A stretch of 64,000 nucleotides of DNA from Octopus sinensis (GCF_006345805.1 NC_042997.1:11780001-11844000); one strand, 5' to 3'. Shown: positions 39,940 through 53,441, counted from the first letter of the stretch. Notes: a model not told the origin generated them from the letters alone. A program made the numbers and translations.

Positions 39940-40497
39940 TATAACATATTTCTTCTATGTGTTACTTTAAGTCGAAATAAATTGTAACAGTAATATTTAA
40001 TTTTTTATAATGTTCAGTAGAGTGATACTTCTATAAAAATTCGCCTGGATGGTGCTTAAAAATAAAATTCAGTTGATAGAACATATCAACTATATAAATA
40101 TAAAAAATATTGAGTTCTAAGTAATACGACTGGTCTCAGAGTTAATCTAGGTTATCGCTCGTTCACGATGCAAAGGAAAGAAGAGTAATGAGTGTTTCAA
40201 AATTAGCTAAAAGCTGTATTTGCTGTAGAAAGACTTGCCATTGGCTAAAAAATTTGCAATATTCTCTTTATATCTTTCTCACACATTAGTTAAGATAAGA
40301 AAACCCACAGGATTCCATTGTGTGAGTCAACTGTGTAGGGTCGATAAAATATATTACACCGATAGCAAAAATGTCTCGGTGAGTGGCAAGGTGTATAGAA
40401 AACGGTGTCAGTAATATATATATTTAAAATATTTATATATACATACATATATATACGTCATATATATATATATACGCATGTATGCTACAAAACATAT

Positions 40498-40597
40498 NNN
40501 NNNNNNNNNNNNNNNNNNNNNNNNNNNNNNNNNNNNNNNNNNNNNNNNNNNNNNNNNNNNNNNNNNNNNNNNNNNNNNNNNNNNNNNNNNNNNNNNN
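40498..40597. other. Assembly gap (100 N)
   Basis: Run of n. Confidence 1.
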
Positions 40598-41617
40598 TCT
40601 CTCTCTCTCTATATATATATATATAAATATATACATGTTTAGTAGGCACACACACACCTATATATATATATGTTTATACATATGTGTGAGTGTTTGTGTA
40701 CGTGTATATCAGTGCTTGAACTAAGAAAATACACGCATGCGTTTATGCGTAGCAAATTATCCAATCTCTATGAAGAGGGGCTTCAAGAGAATATAGGACC
40801 CCATTAAAATATAAATATAAATACTATATAAATTTCAAGTTAGTAGATGATAAAAACGCACACACGTTTATATATATATATATGCGCATAAACAAATGAA
40901 CACACACACACATATATATATATGTAAGTGTATGCATATATATATATATATATATATATACACGCAAGCTCCCACACACACCAACAAACACACACACTCA
41001 GATGCATGTATATAATAGGCCTTAAAATGCTTAACATTTCGGATCAACATTTAGATGGAATTTTAGATAACAAAGAAAAAAGAAAAATCCAGCAGAGTTA
41101 AAGTAAAAAATCTCGTTAAAAACTAACCAATACACAATGGATATAATAGAAATAAATAATAATAATATAATAATAATAATAATAATAATAACGTTGAAGA
41201 TGATAATGATGATGATAATAATAATAACAATGATGATGATGGTGAGGATGATAATAATAATAATTATAATAATAATGATAATAATAATAATAATAACAAC
41301 AACAACAATAATAATAATAATAATGATGATAATAATGTTCATTAAAGAATATATCAAACCTACATTTGCGAATATTTTTACGTGTGTATTTTATGAGACA
41401 GATAGATCATAGAAGGAAGATAAACAATGTAGCGCCTATACATATATAGTCACAGATATAAGCACAAAGAATTGCAACTACATACTCAAACTCGCACTAA
41501 CGTACACCCACCAGATCACATTGCTGGAACAGTTAAGAATATGAACTGAGACAATTGTGTGTGGGGGTGCGGTTGTGGCGTGTGTTTGTGAGAATATATT
41601 ATATATATATATATATA

Positions 41618-41729
<112 letters not shown>

Positions 41730-41843
41730 GTGTATATATATATAGATGTGTATATATATATATATTATATATTATATGTATATATATATATATATGTATA
41801 TATATTGTATATATATATATATATGTATATATCTTATATTATG

Positions 41844-41876
<33 letters not shown>

Positions 41877-43010
41877 GATGTATATATATATATATGTATA
41901 TATATATATTATGTATTATATATATATGTATATATATATAGATATGTATATATATATGTATATATATATGATGTATATATATATATGCAAATATTCACAA
42001 AAAGATACCATTGTATGTGTTGAGTTATATATAAATTCCCAAAAGCATGTATATTTGTAAAAGTATATAAAGAAGTACATACATAGGTATAGAAATATAT
42101 TCGTACACACACGAACACACACATACACGTACACACACGAACACACACATACACATACACACACACACATACACACACACACACACGCACTCAAAGACAC
42201 ACAAACGCACACATAATTACATGGAAATAAAAATTGTAAGTAATCGCATTAACATTTGCAGAGATACACATATACATACAAACGTATGCATGTTTGCCTA
42301 CATACATAAATACACACATATAAACACACACACACGCACACACAAACACACACATATATGCGTTCATTTAAATATTATATATATATATATATAATATATA
42401 TACTATATATATATATAATATATATACAATATACATCTATTGAAGTTAAAAGCATATTCTTCCCGAAACTCTTGATTTTCTTTGAAAGATTTATTGCTAA
42501 AACTGGCCTCCGCAACTTCAATGAAAATTTATAGCTGACAGCTAAACAAGGGGCAATGTTCTTCTTGTTTTGTTTTTGTGTTTTACGAAACATTTTTATT
42601 GAATAAAACTACAGAAACAAAGGAAATTCGCTAAAAGTTTCATAAATTACTCCACAGATATAGACACAGGCACACACATACATATACACACATACACATA
42701 CACATAAATGCTCACACACTTTTATATATGTATTGTTGATTCCATGAAAAAGGAGTGTTACAAAATTAACAATAGACCCGAAGCTAGGGTAGTACATGAT
42801 TTGCTCAAAACGTTTCTGTAACTGAAATACCCCGCTGGAGAAAAATTTCGATGTACAGGAACCTCAGTGAAAACATGACGATCAAGATAAGGAAACTAAA
42901 AATTCTTTGTTTATTTCATTTAAAAGAAAGGAAAAAAAGAGAGATAGAAAGACAGCAATGATGATGATGAAGATAATAATAATAATGATAATAATAATAA
43001 TAATAATAAT

Positions 43011-43099
<89 letters not shown>

Positions 43100-43233
43100 C
43101 GATAATAATAATTGTACAACAAAAAATATTTAAACCGAGCCATATATGTATATATACATATATATGCATACATATATATATATACAATATACATACACAC
43201 ACATATGTATACATACATACATACATACCTACA

Positions 43234-43289
<56 letters not shown>

Positions 43290-43550
43290 CATATATATGA
43301 AGAGATAGACATATGTGCATACAATCGTATAATATACATACATATTCGTAATATATATATACATGTGTGTGTGTGCTTAGATACATATATACATACATAC
43401 ATATATATATATATATTTATATATATATATGTATATATATATATACGTATGTAAATCAAAGATATTGAAGGACAATGGGGAAAATATATAAAGAAATGAA
43501 GATCATGTTAGAGCAAAAAGATGAAGAGATAGCAACAAAAACAATAACAA

Positions 43551-43586
<36 letters not shown>

Positions 43587-43720
43587 AACTACTACACTTC
43601 TACTACTGATGATGATGATGATGATGAGGATGATGATGATGATGATGATGATGACGACGACGACGACGATGATGATGATGATGATGATGATGATGACGAT
43701 GATGATGATGATGATGATGA

Positions 43721-43762
<42 letters not shown>

Positions 43763-44195
43763 AATAATAATAGCGTTAAGTAGGATATCTCACGGAAAAT
43801 AACTAAGAAAAAGAGAAGGGAAAATTTTACACAGGCAATTTAATGATAAAAGTGAAATACGTAAAACAAGATAAATATATTTAAAGAAAAGTTTTCCCTC
43901 CCTTTGGGTAAACATAACAACTGCTCAAATATAGAATCCAATTAAGATAATATGTCCTGGAAAAAAAAAGAAAGAATCGTATACATATCATGCGATGCAC
44001 TGGAAAGTTCCTTGAAACTAATCAGAAGGCTGCGAACATTTCCGTCAACTCTGTGTATGACGAAAACACATACATACACACTTTCTTTCTCTGTCTCTCG
44101 CACTCTTATTACGTACATACATGCTTACATACATAGAATAAAAAACATATATGCTTTAAAATCTATCTATCTATCTATGCACACACATACACACA

Positions 44196-44247
<52 letters not shown>

Positions 44248-45056
44248 TATTTATAGATCTATGTGTATCTAAAACATATAAATATATATATATACACAAT
44301 TGTATACATACATATAAATATATATATTTGAGAAAGAGTGATATAGATGAACAGAAAAAAATGACGTGAGAGAAAATTATGATAAATGCTATTGTTTATC
44401 GCCGTAGTCTGAGTCAAAATAGAGAGAGACATTTTGAATCATAAAAAAACCCCGTTTCGTTTAAATTGTATAGCTGTTTCTGAGAAATATCTATATTCAC
44501 GCACGTACGCATAGGCGTGCGCACACACACACGCACGCTCACAGGCACTCACACACATATACATCAATTCACACATATAATCTTCGGAATTATACTCAAG
44601 CATCACATATACGCACGCAGGCACAACCCAGTTACATAATTCCGTATGTCAAAGTATGGTAGATTTACGAGCTCACATTAAAATAAATATATTGATTTAA
44701 CTCTTATTAGGGGCCACAAGTTCCAGCCCGTTATCATCCGGTCTCATAAGGGAGTTCGTTATAAAGGAGCTGATATTGGCTTGTAAATATATTTGTTTTC
44801 AATTGACGATTCAATTTCGTTGTTATTGGAAAAAACTGAATAATGCAGGAAGATTTCCAAATTTTGGAAGATTTACTCAGCAAAGTTTCTATTGTTTTGA
44901 CAATGGATGCTAAAGCCATCATATTTCTTCGTGTATATTATAATATACACAAGATTTGCAACATTAAATTCATATCACAATAACTACAAACTACAAATAT
45001 GTTAATGAGGGTGTTGCTACGGTCTAATACATCAATCTGTGGGAGAACATATAAAC

Positions 45057-45613
45057 CAGAGGTTTTCAACCGGTGTCCGTGTAAGATTTTGCGGGGTCCA
45101 CGTAAAAAAATAGTAAACTAGGGATCCAAAATAGTATTTTGCTTTAGATGTATGTATAGCGGTTAGAGCAGAGGACTGGTAGTCGAGGGATCGCGGGTTC
45201 GAATCCCAGACCGAGCGATGTGTGTGTTTATGAGCGAAACACCTAAGCTCCACGCGGCTCCGGCAGAAGGTAATGGCTGACTCTTCCGCCAAAACTTTCT
45301 CTCACTCTTTCCTCCTGCATCTTGCAGCTCACCTGCGACGGACTGGCGTCCCGTCCAGGTAGGGAACCTATACGCCAAGGAAACCGGGAAACCGGCCCTT
45401 ATGAGCCAGGCATGGCTTGAGAAGGAACAAGAAACAAGTAGGTTGCTTTCTTTAACGTTTTACAAAGTTCAACCTCCACAAGTGGGAAAACTAAAATAGT
45501 AATTTTGAAAGAATTTTCTATAAAACTGGTTTTTAGACATCGAATGGCTATGGGGTCCACCAGAATAAAATAGTAATCAAAGGGGGTCATAGTTAATAAA
45601 TGGTTGAGAACCA
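45057..45613. mobile_element. hAT-like MITE interrupted by a SINE
   Basis: cagaggttttcaacc ... ggttgagaacca termini; subterminal ggggtcca repeats. Confidence 0.65.
45150..45435 (+). mobile_element. tRNA-derived SINE (third family; V-domain-like segment)
   Basis: tagcggttagagc A box, gggttcgaatccc B box, cctgcgacggactggcgtcccgtccagg, tail gaaaccgggaaaccggccc. Confidence 0.8.
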
Positions 45614-45904
45614 TATAGCGAAGACACTCGCTTCATAATCACGTGGGTGTGGGTTCGATAAATCTGCAGCAAGGAACAATGTCCAAATGTTTTGTCTGAT
45701 ATAACTATTTCGATTGAAATTAGGTGAATGGGAACTTTTGGAATGGTTATACTGGGTCTTGGAAATCTATTTATTTGTCGCTAGGATTAACATCACTGCC
45801 CGATCACTGGGAATCTTTAGAGGCGATCATTCTTTTACAAGCATTTGGACCAGGTTTTGCTATACATTATATTTCATGTATTGAGTATTCGCTTGACTCT
45901 GTTA

Positions 45905-46262
45905 TATTCGTTCACTTGTTTCAGTCATTTGACTGCGGCTATGCTGGAACACCGCCATGAAGGGTTTTAGCCGAACAGATCAACCCCGAGACTTATGTAT
46001 TTAACTTGGTACTTATTCTGTCGTTCTCTTTTGCAGAACGGCTAACTTATAGAGGTGTAAACACATCAACACAGGTTGTCTAGTGGTAATGGGTGGGACA
46101 AACACAGACACAAAGACATACATACATTATATATATATATATATTATATCTATATATATATAATATATCCACGACGGACGTCTACCAAATCCACTCACGA
46201 CGCTTTGGTCAGCCCGAGGCTATATTAGAAGACACTGGCTCAAGGTGCCACGTTGTGGGACT
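45905..46262 (-). mobile_element. SINE family B, diverged
   Basis: cttgtttcagtcatttgactgcggc..ctaccaaatccactcac..caaggtgccacg. Confidence 0.8.
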
Positions 46263-46344
46263 ATATATATATATACTGATATTCACGATCAACTTCTGTG
46301 AATAGCTATCCTTTCCTTTCTCCTTGAGTATTCGAAAATGTAAA

Positions 46345-46411
<67 letters not shown>

Positions 46412-46427
46412 TTTATTTTTATTTTTA

Positions 46428-46464
<37 letters not shown>

Positions 46465-46486
46465 ATTATTATTGAATTGAAGATCA

Positions 46487-47012
46487 GCGCATACCATCAA
46501 AGTGACGATGGGTTACAAATATACGAAGCCCCATATCATGACTACCTGTCAGATAAGGGTACACCAGGCACGTGCATCGCAACCATATGTGCGCGACATG
46601 ATGTTCTTATATCAAGATAAAGAGTGCATTATCTTGCAGGTGGGGTCCTGTTAGAATTTTCTTCAGTTTGAGTAGCCCATCCCTCTCAAAAGGTTTGTTT
46701 AAGGATGGTGAACGTAACACACCTGTTTCCAGAGGGGAATTATCCAAAACCCAAAGTATTCCTTTCTACACATGGCTATGATAATCCCCACTTCTTCTGC
46801 TCGTGATCAGAGATGAACATATCGTCAACCACGAAGGGACATTCTCAACTGGTTAACGTCAAACAACTGACAATAAAACTTGTGGTATTGAGCAAAATAT
46901 TTACTGTAGCCTATCTTTGATACCAAGACAAAACAATATACATGATATAGTACAAAACACTTCCAGTCACTTAATATCAGAAGACATGCGAGTCACTGCC
47001 TGGTATTGCTTT
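46487..47012 (-). mobile_element. Family C, longest copy, ending in (TAA)n
   Basis: Reverse complement of 18735-19180 plus ~100 bp extra 5' sequence; followed on minus by the TAA array 46345-46470. Confidence 0.85.
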
Positions 47013-47019
47013 TGGGCAT

Positions 47020-47340
47020 TTGTTATTATTATATGTTTGACTTTTGCTTTGTATTTGTACAAGTCTTACCCAGAGACCACAAGAGACATCAAGTTTTGAA
47101 GTTGAAGTTGGTGTTATGCTTAGGGTGCCATATATTTGGTATTACCAAAAAGTATTCTTCAAGAGAATATTTAAGAAAATTGCTTGTTTCAAAATTTGGG
47201 ATTATATAGACAGTATTTTAAGTAGGATATGGGCAGTTCCCATGAGCACTATGTTTTGAATTTGGGCCATTTTGGGGCTTCGTGGTGTCTGACCTAGGTA
47301 GGAACCATCCCCTTTTTGCTATCATTCCTAGCCAACTAGA
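47020..47340 (-). mobile_element. 3' end of an R4/Dong-type LINE
   Basis: MAQIQNIVLMGTAHILLKILSI*, then UTR ending taataataa. Confidence 0.75.
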
Positions 47341-47530
47341 ATTGTTTTAGTATTGAGGTCCCATGCGTGGCTGTGTGCTAAGAATCCTGCTTTCCAACTA
47401 CATGGTTCCGGGTTCAGTGAGTGGATTTGGTAGACCAAACTGAAAAAAGCCTATCACGTACACACACACACACACACACATACACACACACACTCACACA
47501 CACTCATATATATATATATGAATCTCAATG

Positions 47531-47574
<44 letters not shown>

Positions 47575-47890
47575 GTCTATATATACATCTGCATACACAT
47601 AGATACATAGATACATATACACACACACATATATGTACGCATGCATGCACGCTACTGTTTGGAGAAAACAGTGAGAGAAATAGTATGATAATGGAAATAT
47701 TTTACGATTCATGTCTAGCCAGATATGACGTCTTAACTATAATCATATCAACAAAACACCGGGAACTTGATATGTATATGCATATCTCTCTTTCTCTCTC
47801 AATATATATACGTATATACATACACACACACATATATGTATTATATATATATATATAATATATATATATATATTATATATATATATATAT

Positions 47891-48490
47891 ATATGTAAAC
47901 ATAGTAAAAAGGCGATAAAATAAATTATTATTGCCGGTGATCTAGCACAAAAGACATTTTAGCCATTAGGCTATATGTTATTCATATATAAGTACATTAA
48001 AAGGCTTCTAAAAGAAGAAGTGAGTACTAGATACACAAAAGTTGGATAAATTCAGTGAAATGAAAATTAAAAACGTTTACAAACTCGGTTCATCTTATAC
48101 TGCAGTTTCGTCTTTTTCAGCATTAAATATAATTTATCTGCTCAGGTCAGATTCTTCAGTAAGCAACCTGTTATCCTAGAAGTACATATCAATAGATGCA
48201 TGTGCGACTCTACTGATTTGCATTCTCTAACTTTTCAGATCATTGCGCAGACGCAGAACACCCGACAAACAGACGGGGTTCTGGTATAGGGTCTAACGGT
48301 CAAAATTTATCGAGAAATATGTAAACATAGTAAAAAGGCGATAAAATAAATTATTATTGCCGGTGATCTAGCACAAAAGACATTTTAGCCATTAGGCTAT
48401 ATGTTATTCATATATAAGTACATTAAAAGGCTTCTAAAAGGCTTCTAAAAGAAGAAGTGAGTACTAGATACACAAAAGTTGGATAAATTC
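47891..48490. repeat. 1.4 copies of a 426-bp non-coding unit carrying a hammerhead
   Basis: gtaaacatagtaaaaaggcg at 47895 and 48321; ~160 bp identical except an 11-bp duplication; (TA)n on the left. Confidence 0.9.
48087..48168 (-). ncRNA. Type I hammerhead ribozyme
   Basis: Minus: ggtt-g-ctta CTGAAGA atct..agca..tgct..agac GAAA ctgcag TA taag-atg-aacc. Confidence 0.8.
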
Positions 48491-48602
48491 ATACTATTTC
48501 TCTCACTGTTTTCTCCAAAGAGAGAGAGGAGAGAGAGAGATAGATAGATTGATAGATATACATATATAGATATACCTGTCTGTATGTGTGTGTTGGTGCA
48601 TG

Positions 48603-48633
<31 letters not shown>

Positions 48634-48904
48634 TATATATATGTGTGTCTATATATATACACGGAGTAAATAGTTCATGAAAAATTATAATTCAAAAGGA
48701 AAGTAATTTGAATCAATAATATAGACGGTTGCAGGCCCTAAAAGACATTAAATAGCTGAAGAGTTAAAATTAATGAAAGGACATACTAAGTATGCCAACT
48801 TGCTGGAAATAATTGTCAAATCTATTTAAATCGTCAATATCACTGATAGTATTTACAGAAATCAACCGTCGGAAGGCAAACAGGTTAAGACAATCTCGAC
48901 TAGT

Positions 48905-48993
48905 CCGGTCGAAGGCAACGCGAAAAAGAATGTCATCACCTTAGGCCCTCAGAGATCACGTGATAGTGGGAAGAGAGTAACAGAGAAATACAG

Positions 48994-49030
<37 letters not shown>

Positions 49031-49182
49031 GGGAGGGAAAGAAAGAAAATTAAGAAAAGCTCAGAAGAAGAGGAGCTCAGAGAGACGTGACCATTTCGGT
49101 GGAAGGCAATGCGAAAGAGGATGACACCATCTTAGGTCGTCAGAGATCACGTGATAGAGTGAAACAGAGAAAGACAGACAGC

Positions 49183-49240
<58 letters not shown>
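48905..49240. repeat. Diverged ~190-bp tandem duplication ending in (GA)n
   Basis: gaaggcaa.gcgaaa.ag.atg.ca.ca.cttagg...tcagagatcacgtgatag at ~48910 and ~49101. Confidence 0.8.
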
Positions 49241-49241
<1 letters not shown>

Positions 49242-49563
49242 AGGTAATAAGATAAGCAAAGTAAAGGAAAGAGACTGAAGAGCAGAACAATATTTCAAGA
49301 ACATTTCTCCATCGTCCGTCTGTCTACTAACAGTCTCGTCTCAAGCCCGTCTCGTTTTGTTATTTGTTGGTCCCATTCGCTGCAAGTTTCTTGCTGGTGC
49401 CTCAAGAGTGGAAGCAATATTATTGATAATGTCCGAAATTGCACTCAAGCCTCTGGCCGATTACTGTGTTTTTCTGTTCGTCTGGGTTATTAGTATAGAA
49501 CCAGGCCTACTGATGTTTTTTGAGTGAATTTGATAGACAGAAACATTGTGGAAGCCCGTCGTA

Positions 49564-49609
<46 letters not shown>

Positions 49610-49612
<3 letters not shown>

Positions 49613-51790
49613 GATTCGATTCGATTTGATTTGATCTAGTTTCAGCTCCTGAGCTTTGGCCATGCTGGAGCACCGCCATTTGGTATTGCTACATAATTTT
49701 ACTTCACTAATGCTTTTTAGGAATTGATATTTGGTGTATGAGGGAGTTTGATGCTGTTACCCTCATCTGCAGCTCCTGCCGTGAAATTGGCTCATCTGGG
49801 ACATTTGACAGTTTCATTCTGAAGACACCTACATCCACCCCATGCAGGTCTCTCAGGTCCTTCGGGGTGGGGGATATTGAAGAGATGTGGCCCTCTGAAA
49901 CCCACGCTCTTGCAGTATCTTGTCCTATAACTTCATGGCAAATTTTGAGTTCTTGACACAATGAAGTGGCGTCCAGTTCTAGTATTTGTGTAACTCTCCA
50001 TGCCAAAGTTTGGGACAAGTCCTTCCAGGATCTTCAAGATGTATATTATGGCATATGTTTCTCGCCTACACTCTAAGGAATAGTGTCTTAATCTCTTGGG
50101 TCTTTCCCAGTAGCTTCTTCGTGTAGCTTCGTTGAATTGCCTCAAGTTCTGCAATTAATTTGACACTGGTTGGTGACCACAGTTGAGAGCATAGTCAAAG
50201 TGGCTTAGGACAAGTGTCCTTTAGAGGACCATCATGGTTTCCTGATCTCTTGTTCTAAAAGTTCTAAGAATACATTCGGTCAGCCGCCTAGATTTTATTG
50301 CCCATTTAGCACATGGAAGGATGCATCATTACTCATGTAAATGCCCAGGTCTCGCACAGACTGTGCCTCTGGTATTGCAATCCCTCCAGGTCCAGGGTAT
50401 TTAATTGGTATTGCATTTAGTTTTGAATGCTGATAGAACAATGCTTGAAACGTTTCAGCATTAATCTGCATGCTATTCATTTCACCCAACTTGTATATTT
50501 CATCCAACTCATATTGCAGGTGTATAATGTCTTCATAGTTCTGTTTTACCTGTGAGAGTTTTGTATCATCTGCATAACTTGTGATCGTGGCTCTCTGTGT
50601 GGTTGAGTTCATATCTGAGAGGGCTCATTATGAACAGTAGTGGTCCCAAAACAGTGCCTCGCGGAACACCGCTCACTATTTGCGTGTCATTGTAGGTGGC
50701 CCCATTTTTTACTACCAACTGATTTCTATCTTTCAGAAAGTCATGAAGCCATTCTCCCAATTTTCCGACTATGCCGAGATCACGCAATTTGTGACATATC
50801 ATTCCATGATCGACTTTATCAAAGGCCTTCGCAAAGTCAAGATATATCACTTCCACATTTGAGTAGTTGAGCAGCTGTTTCAGCACCCAGTCATAGTGTT
50901 GTAAGAGCTGAGTCAGGCAGCTTATTCCTGGTCGGAAAGGAAAACATGTTGGTTGTCAGTCAGCAAGTCATTTTCTTCAAGGAAGGTGATTAGTTTTCTT
51001 CTAACTATTCATTCCACGACATGGCTGATGTGCGAGGTCAGACGTAGGTCTGTAGTTTTAACCCTCTGCTCTGCTACTACCTTTAAGAATAGGGAATATT
51101 TTACCCTCCATCAGTTTCCTTGGAAGTTTGCCAGTTACAAGGAAGCTCTGAAAGAGGGACTGCAGTGGTATTGCTAGGATTCGCTCACATGCTTTCAGAA
51201 GGATTGCTGGGAATCCGTCAGGGCCAGTAGCTGAACTTTAGTTCATTTCATATATAGCCCTTATTACATCGTCTTCGTTTATATTGAGGTAATCAATCAT
51301 CACTGCCTCTGCTTTTATATCTGCAGCGGTAAAAATGTTAGTTGGATTGCTGACTTGCAAGTGTCCTAGGGGTAGACTGAAAATGCTCATTTAGTATTTC
51401 ACCTATCCTCATTGGGTTTCCTGTGACTGAACCCTCTTCTTCGAGGAGTGGCCCTATCCTGGAGTGCACTGAAGGCACCTCTGGGGTTAGATTTTATATT
51501 GTCTATAACCCAGGCTTCTTCGTCTGCTCTTACTTTTTCATGGGATTTGCAGATTTTTTTCAAACTCCAGAAGTTGTATTTTCAGGCGGGGCTTTTCACT
51601 GCTTTTAAGTTGTTTGTTTAGGCGATTTGAAGTTTTTGTACGCCGTCTCATAAGATTTTTCCTCTCACTGGAGATTTTGTTCTTGTCATCGCTGGAGATT
51701 TTGTACAGTGGCGTTTCTCTCTGGGACACATTTGTTGCATATGGCTTTCACTACAGACGTGAATTATTGCAGTATCATGTCGATGTCCGG
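49610..51790 (-). mobile_element. CR1-group LINE, 5'-truncated RT pseudogene with intact 3' tail
   Basis: SATGPDGFPAILLK, IYLDFAKAFDKVDH, SGVPRGTVLGPLLF, YADDTKL, VRDLGI, YSLECRRE, VPDEP..SNSL; multiple frameshifts; (GAATC)n-like tail. Confidence 0.93.
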
Positions 51791-51829
51791 TAAGGAAAGA
51801 CATTCAGGCCAATATATATATATATATAA

Positions 51830-52540
51830 ATGTAGACAATATCCACCCTCTCTTATCGACGAGGATTTTAAACGTGCCAAACAATTAGGCACAAAAACAT
51901 TAAGAACAAAAAAACATACCACCACACCTCAAACCAAAACATTACTTTTTATATCAACGCACAACCCCAGAAACAGTGAGGCATTCAACATTATTGTGCA
52001 AACTCTCCCTTTACTAACTAGAGATCCAAAAATGAACGACATCCTGAAAACACGCAAACTCATCAAATGCAAAAAACAAGACAAATTGCTAAAGAGACTA
52101 ACAAATGCGAAGCTTTACAAAACAACTACGAAACCAACGGTTGAAAAATGTGGACGCCCGAACTGTGGAACCTGCCCCAACCTGCTTGAAGGCTCGGATT
52201 TCCTTTTCAAACAAGGACAGAGGTTCACAATTAAAACTAGTTTCACCTGTGCCTCTGAGAACCTAATTTATGTAATAACCTGCTCGGGTTGCGGTCACCA
52301 GTACATTGGACAAACGAGTATGACCTTGAGAAAGAGAATCACTCTACATAAGGAGCAAATCCATTTTCCGCAATACAGACAAATTCCTCACAGTGAACAT
52401 ATATAAAAATGTACAGGTAACATCAAACCAAATTTCACAGTCTTCCCTTTCTACCAGTGTAAAGACGCAATCTCTCAACTAGAACATTTAAATAAAGAAA
52501 CTTTTTTCATTGAAAAATACAAAACACGTCTTAATATGCA
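51830..52540 (+). mobile_element. Penelope-like element C-terminus (thumb/linker + GIY-YIG endonuclease)
   Basis: CGRPNCGTC, FTCASENLIYVITCSGCGHQYIGQT..LRKRITLH..HSEH; after a stop continues to KETFFIEKYKTRLN. Confidence 0.92.
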
Positions 52541-52836
52541 CGCATTACCAACTTTTATATTTATACATATCTCAATTCACGATTACATCACAGTACATAA
52601 ATCCCCTTCTAAACAAGGTTTTTAAAACCTGTCTCTGTTCTGTACACATTTAATCCTCACCCATTACCGAGAGCTGAACAGTTATCTCCTGTACACACAA
52701 CAATAACAATAATAACAACCAATTACCTCCCTTTATTTATCATCTTGTGAAGTCATGCACGCGTGAATTTCATCACACACAACATGGAACAAATTTCTTC
52801 TTAAGAAAAAATATATATTCAAATAAGTAAAACATA

Positions 52837-52871
52837 ATATCATGAATAGCGAAAACGAAACCGGTCGATAT
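52837..52871 (+). ncRNA. Degenerate minimal hammerhead downstream of the Penelope GIY-YIG
   Basis: atatc atgaata gcgaaaac GAAA ccgg TC gatat: stem I atatc/gatat and CGAAACCGGTC intact; CUGANGA box has two substitutions. Confidence 0.5.
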
Positions 52872-52949
52872 ATTAAAAATTATATTAAAACTATGTAAGT
52901 GTGCGTATTTTCCGTTTTAATTTCTTATATAAATGTATATATATATATA

Positions 52950-53300
52950 TTCTTGTCTTGTTTTTTTCCTTGTCCTGTCCTTTACTGCTTATATTTTGTA
53001 CTGTCATTACTGTCCTGGTTTTGTTACCATTTTTACCCCTCTACAAAAAGATCTCAAATTTTATTTGATTTGCTTTTCGCAGGAAGGAAAGTTTCTATCG
53101 AAGATACCTCTCGCCTTCACCTTCGAAACATAGAGTAGATGAAACCATGGCGACTGAAGAAGGGGTTTTTTCCTGGTGTTATTTGTCCTGTACTCTATTT
53201 TTTTGTTGTTTAAGAAAAATGTCCAGTTCCTTGGGTTTGTGTCTATGTTTTCGTTTCTCATTGTATTCGACGTTTTTTGGTGTCCTGTACTCATATATGC
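52950..53300 (+). mobile_element. Uncharacterised pyrimidine-rich repeat; second copy ~60300-60900
   Basis: Shared actgtcctggttt.gtt.cca, aaattttattt, tcgaaa..gagtagat..actga(a/t)gaaggg. Confidence 0.6.
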
Positions 53301-53366
53301 GTGTATATATACATGTAGAGGTAGGTACGTACATATATGTATATATATATGCATATGTTTTATTTA

Positions 53367-53441
<75 letters not shown>

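Noticed and set aside
45153-45210. tRNA gene
   Set aside because: A/B boxes run straight into SINE body with no acceptor stem; same for SINE A and B heads
51708-52406. 232-aa ORF as an intact gene
   Set aside because: Chimeric: the first ~40 codons come from antisense LINE and (TA)n; the rest is a truncated Penelope fragment with a premature stop
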